Origin: Octopus sinensis
Taxonomy: Eukaryota
Reading direction: 5' to 3'
Assembly (NCBI RefSeq): GCF_006345805.1
Contig: NW_021833619.1
Coordinates: 1 to 57,941 of the forward strand
DNA length: 57,941 nt
The translations under genes were made by a program, and so were the position numbers. Below are positions 39,865-54,390 of the stretch, in pieces (within the stretch, counting starts at the first letter, position 1; each line of letters starts with the position of its first letter). The notes beneath the pieces were generated by a model. The model was not told the origin of the DNA, did not search any database, and saw only the letters and a list, made by a program, of their open reading frames with translations.

Positions 39865-40815
39865 GTTTGCGTACATATTCATACATATATAAATGCATAG
39901 ATATCTCGAGGGTCTGTGTATCTATGTATTTATGCATAAGTATACATTTACAAGATCCATGGCATGTTCGGAGGATTATGATTTTTAAAGCTTTTAAACA
40001 GCTTAATAACTATCTATTCGGCAGTTAAAGAATACATGGCGCCGCACAGCATGCTTATCTATGCTTGCCTGAACGAACTACACCAGACCTAGCGACAATT
40101 ATATATTTCTGAATGCTTAGACTAAGTACGAAATTGTAATATGAAATATATCGCAAGAAAACTTAAACTATTATATTTCGATATAATGTTATATCACAGT
40201 GTATGTAGATTTTCATACAGCAAGCGATTATTTCGAATTCAAAACATTAAAACATATTAACTGGTTCCGGTTCACTTCATAACCATTAAGGATCGCTACA
40301 CACACAACTAAAATGTGGTTTTGTAATTGACATCCCTAACCTCTTACAAGAGAAGCTGTGTGATAAATTGAAGTACGCCGATGTCAGATTACACAAACAA
40401 GATTAAAGTTATTAAACAACTTGGTAATTAAGTTACATCTACACATTTTCAATAATTGTGGCAGGTTCAAAGATCAGGGCATATAAACAGATTTTATTTC
40501 CTTCGAAATTGAAATGGCAAACTGTACAATAAAAGTTATATTTATGTTGGAAAAATTATACGTAACTTGACGCACGGAAGAATTTATAAATTGATAGGTT
40601 TACTCTCTCAACGACTTTCTTTTTAACTGGCTTACATATATTTACATATTTATAGAGATAAACCGAAACTTTAGAAGTCAGTTTCTATGCATAGCAACAT
40701 ACTAAGATATACATACAAGCATAGATTCATACACTCATATACATATGCATATACACTCATACACATATACATATGTATGTATCTACATATATGCATGTAT
40801 GTGTATGTATGTATG

Positions 40816-40894
<79 letters not shown>

Positions 40895-40976
40895 CATATA
40901 TATATATATACATTTTATGTCGTAATGAGATAACAAACCAAGGCTGTGTAGATTTTAGAACATTTATAGATAGAAT

Positions 40977-41024
40977 GTCTTACAGCTGTTTCCAGGATAT
41001 TCATTATATCCCTTCATCGGAGAC
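40977..41024 (-). ncRNA. Minimal type I HHR motif, core CCGAUGA (family D, second copy)
   Basis: gtct-CCGATGA-a-gggatat aatga atatcct-g-GAAA-cagctg-TA-agac. Confidence 0.7.
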
Positions 41025-41977
41025 GGTGTGAGAAAATGCAAGAACTCCTTCGGTCACGAACGTCCATGGAATTCCGCCTAGAAACTTCCGCACTGTGGCA
41101 AAAGTCCGAGCAAGATTTCTTGTGGAAGACCAGCAGTGGAACATGTATCGCTTTTCCACCCCTCCGATGTCATCCAAGGGGAAGTCAAAGCACGATGCAG
41201 CTTGATATCATTGCCGTGGCAACTGAGTCAAATGAAGTAACAAGAAATACGTGTATTATGTCGTCTGCTTTTGGAATCCCGTTTCCTAGTAATTTTGGAG
41301 TGTTGCTTTCAAAAATGAAATCCGTTTTGGTCTATCTAGTTTTGATTTTTTACAAACTCAAACGTCTATTTTTTCGGTATTGTCACCATTTCTAAAGATA
41401 GAATCGGCTTCAGCAAATGGATATCCTGTATGGAGCTTGACATAACTTTGAAAACGTAGTTATTTCAAGATTATTTAAAATAACTGCCAAAAGTAATGTG
41501 AAAAACAAAATTCACGTTTTAAGTATTTTCGGTAAATAAACCACAAAACTCGAGTAATTTCTGATGACGGAGACCACCTTTATACAATTAGATGTTATTA
41601 ACAATTTTCTGTGGTCCTTCGCATTTTGCTTGTCTCGTATTTGTAGAATTAGTCTGCAGTTATGTCTACGTTGTGCTAGGCTTAGTGTGAATATCTTTGT
41701 AAACTAGGTGAAATATATTTGGTGAACCTTTAAATATTTATGAAAATTAGTATTTTGAATGCACCCTTCACATTCCAACTGTATGGTCACATGAGTCAAG
41801 GTCACTTTCGTTAAGCATGGTCAAAGAAATGTAGGAGGAACTTCACGGTGTGTATACTTTTTAAGGAACTTTACCATCACAAATCTGTATTTCCTTACTT
41901 TATAGTTGTTGGCAATTCTAACAATACTTTTAACAGGTGATAACTGACTTTAATGTATGTTTTGCATTTCAGAAATA

Positions 41978-42680
41978 TGGCCAGCTTTGAGAGATGAAAA
42001 TGCAAAAACGGCTCTGAAGTCTTCTGGCATATTTATGGATGTTAGACTTTACCTAGACCGTGAAAGAATATCACAGATTTTGGAAAGAGATCTTATCTTA
42101 CTTCGGCGTGAACCTGGTTGATCAAACAAAGCCTGGGCACCCCATACAGTGCGTAGAACATGTATTCAAACACTGAAATGAGAGGGTGATTGTTTCAAGT
42201 GCTTAAGCAGAACGTTTACAGCTTTGTCTTGTGATAAAACTGAGTTGGTGTGTTTAATGGGCCTCATGTTGAGTGGCTATTTACATGACAAGGAGTTTTG
42301 GAGACTTTGTCTGGCGTTGATAAAGAAGCATGTAATGCTTTTGCTGCAGTTGTGTCTGATTTCATGGAAAAGAGAGAGTGATGAAATTATGACGAACTCG
42401 TGCCGACCCTGTTAAACAGTTTTCAATCACTGGGCAACAACATTAGAGAAAAACTGTATTTACTGATCAGACATCTGGACTACGAATCTGAAAACCAGTG
42501 TAATAAGTGATGAGCAAGGAGAATGATTCCACCAAGATATCGAGACCATGAATAACCAGATATCGAGTAGAGGGAACACAAACATGATGACTGTCTACTG
42601 CTGCTCTTTGCACAGAGACTTTCATGATGGAATTCGTTCACGAAATTCAGCAAAGAGCAAGTGCAATCCTTGAAAAGTTG
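41978..42680 (+). mobile_element. Decayed, internally deleted DNA transposase, Chapaev3/CMC-like
   Basis: CKNGSEVFWHIYG, FGVNLVDQ/KAWAPHTV, HLD...SDEQGE*FHQDIETM...MMTVYCCSL match the FCYICG, WAPH and SDEQGERFHQ motifs. Superfamily name is from recall. Confidence 0.65.
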
Positions 42681-43578
42681 AAACTCCAAATTTGGCAGAA
42701 TTACCTAACCTAAAATGTGTAATTAAACATTTTGTGTAAAATATATGATCAGTAACAAAAAGCACTATTTCTTTTGTGTTAGTTCCTATTTTCGGTATTT
42801 CATTTGATAACAAAATTGACAATTTTGGTAAGAAAAAATTAATTTCTCTTTAACAAAACCCTTAACGTGGTAGGCAATTTCTGAGAACATTTCTGAACCA
42901 GTACCATCAGATTAGGTAGAACAACCCAACTAAAATCCGTTTCGAAAATGTTCCTCGGAATTATAAATAAAATAGTAAAAGAAACCGACCATCTCTATTG
43001 CTTACGGACAAACAACACAATAACTCTTATATAACTTGGTGTGACAGAAGATAACCGACGGGGGTTTTGAAATCAGCATGCCAAGTTTAGTCCAAAGCAA
43101 GTGAAAAAGCAAATTCAATAGAAAAACATGTTCAAGGTTGTCCATCTGTGATATATATATTTCTGCGCTATGTCTCGACAACAACCGACTTATTCTGGAG
43201 ATAATACCGTGCATTAATTATTAATGTTTCTAATATATTTTGCTACACCTTCAGGCAAAGCGAAATATTCTTAATTTGTTTTCTATTTTCCTGTCTATAT
43301 ATTCTTTCTTTTAGTCATCTTAAGTATTGAGGACGATTTCAGGAGTTAGACCTTTTTATTTGACTCGACAGAACTGTCAATATCTTAACTCATTTCAGAT
43401 AGAATGAGTCTCTGTTTCTTCCTTCAAGAATCCCACTTACGCGAGGAATAAGATTTGGTAAAGTTACCTCTTGGAATTATGTCTACGTTGTTGTTAGCCC
43501 TTTGATGTTTCCTAACTATGAATTTATAACATGAAAATGCTTTAAAATAGTTAATTCTATCATGGATATATACATACA

Positions 43579-43625
<47 letters not shown>

Positions 43626-43711
43626 CATGCATATATATATATATATATAATATATATATATATATATTATATTAATTAGAGATAAAACCACTACTAGGCA
43701 AATACATAATA

Positions 43712-44370
43712 CAGGGGTTAGACAAAATAATGGAAACACCTTACAATTTCAAACAAATTTATTTTATATGGGGTATGACCGCCTTTGGCAGTAATTACAG
43801 CTTGTATTCTACAATTTATAGACTCGTACAAAGTTTGAATTGTTTCCAAAAGATATTTTGTCAATTCTTCAGCTAAAACAGTCCCCAGTTGTTGTAGCGA
43901 TGATGGTGAAGGCTACCGACTCCTTACATGATTTTCCAAAATGCACCATAAATCTACAATACTATTGAAATATGGGGAATGTGATGCCCAGATAAGATGT
44001 TAAACTTCACTAGAATGTTCCTCGTGTCATTCAGTAGCAACTTCAGCTTTGTGAATTGGTGCATTGTCTTCCTGACAGATTGCATTCCCCTGTGGAAACA
44101 TTTCTGCAACCATAGGATAAAGTTGATCAGATAAAATGCTTAAATAGTCTTGACTATTAATTCTGCCATGAAGAGAAATTACTGGGCCAGCGTATTTCCA
44201 AGGTATAGACCCCAGATCATCAGAGATCCCCCTCCATGCTTAAACATTGCAAGAAGCCAGTCTTGGCCAAATGCTTCTTCTGGCTCTCTCCAGACGTATA
44301 CTCGGTCGATGGTTAAAAATAAGGTAAAGGATGAGAGAATAACATTCTTTAACTGCTAGAGGGACCAATT
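43712..44370 (-). mobile_element. Tc1 (DD34E) element 3' half with terminal inverted repeat
   Basis: TA|caggggttagacaaaataatggaaacacc end; minus frame QEDNAPIHKA...IWASHSPYFNSIVDLW. Confidence 0.85.
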
Positions 44371-44735
44371 CTGGCCAGCTCCAACGACAAACTAAGATAA
44401 GAGCATTAGAGTCCTTGGAAGAAAGCAGCGAATGTATATGAAAGCAAGGATGGAAAAAAACATAGGAATTTACACAAGTACAAATGCAAATAACAGGATA
44501 AAAACAGGTGTCTTTCGACTAAAAACGAATTAAATTAAGCTGACGTGTGATATATTTATATGTATATATATATATATATTAATATATATATATATTATAT
44601 ATATATTATATGTAGAAAATACAAACTGGGACAAGAACGTAAAACATTTAGAAGACGATACAAAAACACGGACGGACATTCGAAGCCTTCCATCTTCAGA
44701 ACCGGATCATCCTCACAATTTCGGCTGATTGATCT
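44371..44735 (-). mobile_element. pLTR-like fragments split by (TA)n; 44610-44735 homologous to 50091-50240
   Basis: Shared gaaaYtg..gatRatcYgg..ctgaNga..cgaatg..ttcttgtccca. Confidence 0.55.
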
Positions 44736-44750
44736 ATATATATATTCATT

Positions 44751-44800
<50 letters not shown>

Positions 44801-45715
44801 ATATGTATGTACATGTATATACATAAATATATGTATATGTATACATATAAATATTTGTGTATATATATGTATATATATGTTTGTGTGTGTGTGTTTTTAT
44901 ATGTATATGTATATCCTTTACCGTTCAGCTGAGGTAATGTCAACAAAAATGTCCTCTCTCCGGTGACATAGTTATCACGTACTGTTCACACTATAATTAT
45001 AGGAGCTACTAATAGTATCTTTAAACCATGTGCATTGAATGACATCTGTCTGTTTCCATCTGTGTGTGTGCGAGCGCGTGTGTATGTATGTGTGTGTGTG
45101 TTTTATAACATAGTTAAATATCACTAATGAACAGCAATGGATACAGGCCAAGTCTACATCTCTTTGTTTATATCTCTGTGATTGCATCTGCTAGGCAGAC
45201 ATGGATTGTAATTAATTACATTTGTAATTAGGTGCTATGTTTTAAGACGTCACATTTGATATACTTACACGTTTCTCACTCTGAGGCTCTGCTGTGATTT
45301 CAATATACCTGAAAATGCAAATTTTTATATGCTCACGCATACACACTCACTCACAAACAAACACACACACACACATGTATGCATATAGGGGTACAGGACG
45401 TCACCAACAGTAAACAACATGAAATGCGAAAACAAAAAATGTTAAATATGCAAATAACGAGAGAAAAGTGAAAAACAAGACAAGTAATACAACGCATATA
45501 TACGTACCTATATATGCATATGCATATATATATATATATATATATATAACTATATGCATATATACATACATATGTGTACATATCTACATATATATGCAAC
45601 TTTTTGATATCTTTGTTTCAGAACGAGCTTTAACATCCAGTCACTTGCATGTTGCAAATAAGCAGAATATACATTTATATAGATATATGTGTGTGTGGTG
45701 TTGTGTGTGTGTATA

Positions 45716-45785
<70 letters not shown>

Positions 45786-45829
45786 GAGAGAAGAGATGGA
45801 TAGATATAGATATATTATATACATATTTA

Positions 45830-46760
45830 TTTCGATGCTACATACGATACATTTTTTATCAGCCTTCGGACTTTAACGTCAACTTCGTTGATCCCAGAGA
45901 TGGACCAGTGTGTAACACTGAAGCTGTATATCATTACAGACATGACTAGCGTGTATATGGTCTCAAATTTGCTTTTGGAATTCCATATTGTTTTCAGATT
46001 AGCTCTTACTCTCTGATCGTTCTCTTCTGATAGCTTTTCTTTCACAAGTACATTGTTAATCGAATTTGCTACACTTACTCCTTGGTAACTCTACCTTCCG
46101 CTTCTAATAGTTAATTTCGGTGTTGCTGTTGCACAGGTTAGACAGTTTTCATTTCGTATAAATGTCTTCGGCGCATTTCTTAAGCCTGGTTTCCATTTTC
46201 ATGTCATCCCTAAATTGTTTCATTGTTTGAAAGACTGTCTGAAGTTGTTTGTCTTCTTTCGCAAGCAGTTTTAATGTATCTATACGGAGAAGAAGACTGA
46301 TGGTTTTTCCAAACACATTGTATCTACAATTTGTTTCATTCAGGATTTTGTTTAGGGAAAACATGCTAAACAGATAACAAACGGCACAGCGAGTTTCCTT
46401 GAAAAATTCCACAATTACTATTGATTTCTCCTGAGTTAATAGTTGTCGAGTTCGTGTTGACATTTAATGTCGTTTTCTAGGACTTCATGACATGAGATAC
46501 AAAATTCATTAAAACTGGTAAAGTCTGGATGTCTCTCGGCATTTCTCTATCCAGCTGTGAGGACAAATATCAAAAGCCTTCTGGTAGTCTATCTAGGCAA
46601 CCGAGAGATGGATTTTCCTGTTTTGATAATCAAGAATCATTTTGTTAAGCAGCAGTTGTTCCCTGCATCTATGTGGCCCACGTTTACAGCCATATTTATA
46701 CATCAGGGAAATTTTGCTGTTAATGAGAAAAGCATATGCGCCCTCGAATAAGACAGATGC
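45830..46760 (-). mobile_element. Decayed R4/Dong-like LINE RT fragment
   Basis: ISLLLRIDTLKLLAK...FRDDMKMETRLKKCA (cf. ISHLLYMDDLKLYAK...FGLDKCA) and RVRANLKT...YSFSVTHW. Confidence 0.8.
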
Positions 46761-46944
46761 AAGAATATTGTAAATAGTTATAAGGCGTATTTAATTAACT
46801 TGTTTTCGAATTTCACGTTGTTTACTGTTGGTAAATATTAAGGTAGTAGTATACTTTCTTGCATTATAGCAATCTTCAAGGTCCCAGGTTGTGACAAGAT
46901 TGTTTCAACATATACTTATAGATATGAATGTGTGTGGTATATAT

Positions 46945-47200
46945 AAGGCGGCGAGCTGGCAGAAAAGGCGGCGAGCTGGCAGAAACGTTAGCGCGCCGGG
47001 CGAAATTCTTAGCGGTATTTCGTCTGTAATTACGTTGTGAGTTCAAATTCCGCCGAGGTCGAATTTGCCTTTCATCCTTTCGGGGTCGATAAATTAAGTA
47101 CCAGTTACGCACTGGGGTCGATGTAATCGACTTAATACCTATGTCTGTCTTTGTTTGTCCTCTCTATGTTTAGCCCCTTGTGGGTAATAAAGAAATAGGT
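46945..47200 (+). mobile_element. S1 SINE with 20-bp tandem-duplicated head
   Basis: aaggcggcgagctggcagaa twice, then a full body. Confidence 0.9.
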
Positions 47201-48039
47201 ATATATATGTGTGTGTGTGTGTGTGTGTCTGTGTGTGTGTCTGTGTCGTATCTATACGTGAATATATATATATATATGTGGTGTGTGTGTGTGTGTGTGT
47301 AAGTATATATGCATGCTTGTTCGTGTGTATGCATGTTCATACACACACTCACACACACGTATGTATTTATGTGTGTACTCATGAGTATGTGTGTATACTG
47401 TTTCTGCGTCACTTTTAAAACTTGCACAAACAAACTTGCCGCAAAATAATTTTCCTTTCCCTAATCTTTTCTCCGCAGTCTATATATTTTTCTTCTCTCT
47501 TTATATGATTTTTCTCTCCCAATTTTGCATATCCCGATTGTTATCTGAAACGAGCCTGTTTTTGCGCATGTCTAATAATCTATATATTTGGGACTTCTTG
47601 CGGAAAAAAAACAAAACAATGATAAATATAAGAATACTATTCTTATCTTGTCGCGTATGTATTCACGTAATAATATATATGCGAAATTATGTCTGCTGCG
47701 TACTCTAGTAGAATTCTTAAACCCATTGGGAGTTGCCACATTTTGTGAAATCTCGTAACACATCTCGCTCATAACATAACACAACAATATTTAATAGATT
47801 GATAAAGGAATGGTTGAACGAAGATCTATTTAGATGTGCACGTTTGTATATGTAATAATGTATTTTCGTTGAGTTGTTTGAGAGATTCGAAATATACAGG
47901 AGAGCAGTGTTTCGTTGGCATGTACTTTTATACACGGTGCGATAAACTAATAACTCTGATATATCTAACGCCATTGTGAATTTTTTCTTTGTTGGTACAA
48001 ACATTTGCATATACATACATACTACATACATACATACAT

Positions 48040-48091
<52 letters not shown>

Positions 48092-48255
48092 AGAGAGAGA
48101 GAGGAGAGAGGAGAGAGAGAGAGAGATAGATTAGATAGATATACATATATACATATGTATATATATATGCATATATATTATGTGTATATAGAATATATAT
48201 ATAATATATATATAATATATATATATATATAAATAAATATATATATATATATATA

Positions 48256-48298
<43 letters not shown>

Positions 48299-48424
48299 TA
48301 TATACTAATGAGGGTGGGCGTTAGCGTTTCATCTACGTGCATATATATAGCTATATGTATATGTAACGTGTATAACGTGTACATTTGTGTGTCTATGTAT
48401 TCATATAAATGTGAGTGTGGTGGG

Positions 48425-48459
<35 letters not shown>

Positions 48460-48959
48460 CATAGTTGATTTGTGCTCTGATTTCTGAGTTCTTGTATGCG
48501 AAAACATGTGAAGATGTGTTGTATGTGATTGTGCGAAAGCGTAAAGCATATTTCGCGGGCGAGCAGGCTTTCGTACTGTGTGCATGAGTGTGCACGTGTG
48601 CACGTGCATGAGTTTATGTGTGTATGTGTGTGCGTGTGAGAGAGTGTATGTTTGGGTGGCTGTATGTCTGTCTCTGTTTATACGCACGTGTATTTAGCTA
48701 CGTAGTCGTTATTTCATGTCTTTGAGTGTAGAAATGTTATTTATTATTCCAGGCGCCATTGCGGTATGTATGTTGGCCTATGTGTATTATTTCTTTCAAG
48801 TGTGTTCGTGAGAACCACACCTCGTCTTTCTCACTCTCTCTTACATTTTTACATGCATAATATACATAACATATATATAAATATATATATATATATATCC
48901 ATCTATTCCTCACCTTCTGTGTGTGTGCGTGTATATATATGTATATATTTGTATGTATT

Positions 48960-49007
<48 letters not shown>

Positions 49008-49121
49008 CATATATATATGAATACATACATACATATATATATGTATATAGAATTAAATACATATATATGAATATATATGTATATATATGCATATATACAC
49101 ATATATAAATGTAAGTATATA

Positions 49122-49943
49122 CAGTGTGCGATGGGTAAATTGTTGCCATTTTACATTTTTTATTTCGCGCATGCGCGAGATTTTCTTTTGATTTTGTCGA
49201 CTTCATAGCCTTGTAGGGTCAGTTGGTTACGGTCTGAGAGAAAAACAGGACGCTAACGCAAATCACTCCGCAAGATATTTGGTAAAGGCACATATTGTAC
49301 TGCATGGAATTCGCGCCGGAAGCTCCATTATGAAGAGTTCAGAGTGTTTGGGTGCCAACCTTATGACAGGGCAATCAGAGGACATGCACCGAGAGAGATA
49401 AAAATCAAACATCCAGTCAACATTATGGCGTTTGGAGTGATCGCTAGTGATGGTGACGTTATGCCTCAATCCACGTACCCAGAAAGCCCCATAACTCAAT
49501 GCAGAGGCCCACATCAAGCGCCTGGAGGTAGTACTGTCCTGGATGAAGACGTTGACTGTAGCGAGACACTATATCTGACCGTGCCACAAACGCAGGAGAG
49601 CCCAGTCATGCCTGTCAGACAATTTATGTGACCACAGACTGCAAGCCATTCGATTATTATATGTGGCGTCCAGTTGAGCGAGAGACCAACAAAACTCCTT
49701 CTAACACCAAAGATAAAGTGAAGGCAAGGATTACGGCAGCATTCACCAACTTCAAGAGTGAGACCGTCTAGAAGATATGCGGGACATTACGAGGTCGTCT
49801 GGAGGCCGTGGTGGATGCCAATGGCGATTTTATTGAATAAATATACACATTAGTATCTCAAGATATTTTAAATTTATTTTGATAGATATAATTGTGAAAA
49901 TGAGATGTCAGTGTATTTTCACTTTTGCTTAATTCACCACACC

Positions 49944-49946
<3 letters not shown>
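49122..49946 (+). mobile_element. Internally deleted maT/DD37D-like Tc1-mariner element with both ends
   Basis: TA|cagtgtg...caccctg|TA; KHPVNIMAFGVIASDG and DCKPFDYYMW...LRGRLEAVVDANGDFIE*. Confidence 0.8.
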
Positions 49947-49978
<32 letters not shown>

Positions 49979-50034
49979 AGTATATGTGTGTGTGTGTATA
50001 TATATATATATATTATATATAATATATATATACA

Positions 50035-50089
<55 letters not shown>

Positions 50090-50090
50090 A

Positions 50091-50699
50091 TAGACCACCC
50101 GAAACTGCAAAGATAATCTGGAATTCGACTGACGAAAGAAAACTCCGAATGACCCATCCTTGTCTTTTCTCGTCCCTTTTGTTACACATCTAACTGTCTG
50201 GATATTTTTTTGTAGCCTGTTGCGTTCTTGTCCCATTTTTCATATTATATATATATTTGAAAAGTTGTGTATGGGGAGGGTCATTCTCTTTTAGTGCGTT
50301 ATTATTTAACACACCCACTGGTAAAATTTCCACTGATTTCTTTCTTCCTTTTTCTAAAAGCTTCGTTGCGTCTTCCAGCCTTTTCAATAGTTTCAACAGT
50401 TTTGATTCTAAAAACTATTGAAAAGGTTGCAAGAGGCAACGAAGCTTTTAGAAAAAGAAAGGAAGAAATCAGTGGAATTTTACCAGTGGGTGTGTTAAAT
50501 AATAACGCACTAAAAGAGAATGACCCTCCCATACACAACTTTTCAATATATATATAATATGAAAAATGGGACAAGAACGCAAGGCTACAAAAAAATATCC
50601 AGACAGTTAGATGTTACAAAGGGACGAGAAAGACAAGGATGGGTCATTCGGAGTTTCTTTCGTCAGTCGAATTCCAGATTATCTTTGCAGTTTCAGGTG

Positions 50700-50704
<5 letters not shown>
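50091..50704. repeat. ~300-bp-arm inverted repeat (50091-50393 and 50412-50704) between (TA)n tracts
   Basis: High-identity reverse complement arms, 18-nt spacer, internal (TA)n in each arm. Confidence 0.9.
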
Positions 50705-50736
<32 letters not shown>

Positions 50737-50776
50737 CACACATATAATATATATATATATATACACACACATACAC

Positions 50777-50808
<32 letters not shown>

Positions 50809-51259
50809 TTATAATATTATATACATATATATATATATCTATTATATTATATAGATATATATATATATATATGTATATATATGTATATATATATATATAT
50901 ATCTATATATATGATCTATACATAGATATATATATAATATATGTATATTATATATATATGTATAATATATATATATATATATACATACATATACATATAT
51001 CATATACATATTAATGAGTGGTGTATGTGTATATACTATATACATATACATATAATGCATGCATATATAATCAAGTATGTGTATACATTTTAATATACAT
51101 TTATAACAACAGACTGTCACACTCATGCACACACACACACACATACTATATACACTTAATTATTTAAGGGTAAAATGTCTTTCATTTATTGAATGAGGGT
51201 TATTAGGGAAATGTATGTGGAAGGGCTTCCGGTAAAAAGGCATGCGAATTTACCTGTGA

Positions 51260-51646
51260 ATGAGTGTGTGATGGTGTGTGTGTGGTGTGGTGCTTGCTTG
51301 TATGAGTGTGTATGTGTTGCGTGTGTGTGTGTGTGTGGTGTGGTGTGTGTGCTTGTGTGTGGTGTGTGTGTGTGTGCGTGTGTGTGTGTGCGTGCTGTGT
51401 GTGTGTTGCGTGTGTGTGTGTGTGCGTGTGTGTGCGGTGTGTGTGTGCGTGTGTGTGCGCGTGTGTGTGTGTGCGTGTGCGCGTGTGTGTGTGTGTGGTG
51501 TGGCGTGGTGTGTGTGTGTGCGTGTGCGCGTGTGCGTGTTGTGTATGTGTGTGTGTGTGCGTGTGTGTGTGTGTGTGCGTGTGTGTGTGTTGTGTGTGTT
51601 GTGCGTGTGTGTGTGTGTGTGTGTGCGTGTGTGTGTGTGTGTGTGT
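51260..51646. repeat. Imperfect (TG)n/(CG) tract
   Basis: Direct reading. Confidence 0.95.
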
Positions 51647-51799
51647 AATTGCATACGAACAAACGCGACAAGAATCACGAGAACACGTACGGTTGATTAT
51701 ATTTAGACGCACTTCAGCACTTGCGCTGACTGAACAAACAAAACACTCGAGAGATGCCGAATACACCTGTTCAATTTGCTAGTCTTTTCTTCTTTCTAG

Positions 51800-51879
51800 G
51801 TGTGTCATTGAATAACGCTGTTAATGACGTTACACACGGCAACTATTAACCTTGGTCGGGCGGGCAGGTGAAGATGGAA
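51800..51879 (+). other. Candidate host exon (80 nt), possibly 5' UTR with a start codon at its end
   Basis: tcttttcttctttctAG acceptor; all three frames closed until aagATGgaa|GTAAGT. Confidence 0.3.
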
Positions 51880-51904
51880 GTAAGTTGGTCGTACGTCGAA
51901 ATCT

Positions 51905-52927
51905 ACGTCGTCGCCGTCGTCGTCGTCATTGTTATCACTAGCAACATCATCATGATCATCATGATCATCATCCTCGTGGTCGACGTCGTCATCATCATCA
52001 TCATCATCATTATCGTGGTCGTCGTCGTCATCATCATCATCATCATCATCATTATCGTGGTCGTCGTCGTCGTCATCATCATCATCATCATCATTATCGT
52101 GGTCGTCGTCGTCGTCATCATCATCATCATCATCATTATCGTGGTCGTCGTCGTCGTCATCATCATCATCATCATCATCATCGTCATCGTCATCATCATC
52201 ATCATCATCATCATCATCTCATCGTCGTCATCCTCGTAGTCTTGTTCATCATCATCATCATCACCGCCATCGTCATCGCAATCATAATCATCATCACCAT
52301 CGTCGTTGTCGTCTTCGTCTTAATCATGATCATCGTCATCATCCTCATCAACACCACCAACACCACCACCACCACCACCACCACCACCATTATCATCATC
52401 ATTGTCATCATTCTTCTCATAATCATCATAGTCGTTGTCGTTGTCATAATCATCATCATCATCATCACCACCACCACCACCACCTCCACCACCACCACGA
52501 CTATCATCGTTTTTCTCACTATCATCATCATCATCATCATCGTCGTTGTCATTATCATCATCATCATTATCATCATCATCATCATCATCCCCATCGTCAA
52601 CATCAGCAGCGGTAGCTGCCTCCTCAGCAATTCCTGCCTCATCATAATTAACATCACCAGCATCATCATTACTATCAGTAACATTATCAGTGTTACCAAC
52701 TTCAACATCAGCATTTAAATTCTTCCCCATCTTCCTCATCCCCATCTTCCTCATCCTCATCACCACCATCACAAACATCATCGCTCTCTCCCACTCGTTA
52801 ACATTTTTACTATTATCATCGCATTCATCCATAATCACCCGTTTTAATCTCCATCATCATTATGGCTATTCACATCATCACCAACATTATTATCTCTATA
52901 ATCTTCACACTCACCTTAATCATCATC

Positions 52928-52958
<31 letters not shown>

Positions 52959-53560
52959 CCACCGTCATCATCATCATCTTCATCATTATCGCATCATCAA
53001 GATCGTCGTCATCTTTGGCATCGTCATCATCATCATCATCATCATCACCACCACCACCACCACCACCACCACTACCACCATAATCGTCATCATCATCCTC
53101 ATATCGTCATCATCATCATCATCATCGTCGCCATATACATGATGATCAGCATCAGCATCACCATCATCATTATTATCACCGTCATCATCATCATCGTCGT
53201 CATTAACATCATCATAATCATCACATCATCATCACCATCATCGTCGTCATCGTCATCATTACCATCTTCGCTATCATCGTTCATCGTCATTGTCATCATC
53301 ATCATCATCGTCGTCATCGTCGTCATCATCATCATCACCATCATTATCATCATCATCATCATCAGCTGCTGCTGCTGCAGCAACAGAATCAGCATCATCA
53401 GCGTGATCCGCCCTCTCCGTCCTCCCCTCCATAATATCATCGCCGCCATCATCGTCTTCAACGCCACGCTCATAAACATCATCACTCTCCTCTACCACTC
53501 CTACAACCTCCACCACCACCTCATCATCATCATCATCATCATCATCAATATCGCCATAAC
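51905..53560. repeat. 1.65-kb compound trinucleotide tract (ATC/GTC/ACC)n with ~40-bp higher-order units
   Basis: attatcgtggtc(gtc)n(atc)n repeated about 5 times at 51973-52180. Confidence 0.95.
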
Positions 53561-54335
53561 CTAAATCCAATCCTTTCACCATCCTAGAAGAAAAGAACAA
53601 TAACAAAAACAAAAAATACAAGTAAAATAAATGACAATGCGAATGAGATCGTTCATTGAACCAATGGAGAAGATACGTCAGAACTGGAAACGAAAGCGCG
53701 ATTGTATAACAATTCTCGAATTGCTAGGATTAAACAAAATATAGAAATAATAGACAGAGGAGAATTCTGATTAAGAGTGAAGTTTGCTCAGTAGACATCT
53801 GTTGTTGGGCGCTTGCGTTAATATTTGATAAGAACTAATATCTAATATATATTAATTCTATAAGGTAATAGTAGTTTAAACTACGTATACAAATAGATCT
53901 ACACGTGTACGCTTGCATACACATTTGGAGCGACATTATGCAGACATACCCGCACACACCAACACGTAGTAAGCCGAACACAGAGTCGTATATGGACGTG
54001 TATATATATATATATAATATATATATATATACATATATGTGTGTGTGTGTGTGTGTATGTGTGTGAGTGTGTGTGTATATATATATGTATATAGATATGT
54101 ATATATAAATATATATGTGCAGTATATATATATTATTTATATATATATATTTGTATATATATGCATACATATATACATATATCTTTATATATGCGCACAC
54201 ACATATGATATATATATGTTTATAATATATAAATAATAATGTATATATATATATACACATATCATCCGCATACACGTATTATATATATGTTTATAAATAT
54301 ATATACAATATGTATATGTAAATATATGTAGTATG

Positions 54336-54390
<55 letters not shown>

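Noticed and set aside
44195-44230. Minus-strand CTGATGA...GAAA
   Set aside because: Lies within Tc1 transposase coding sequence (LMIWG) with no helices.
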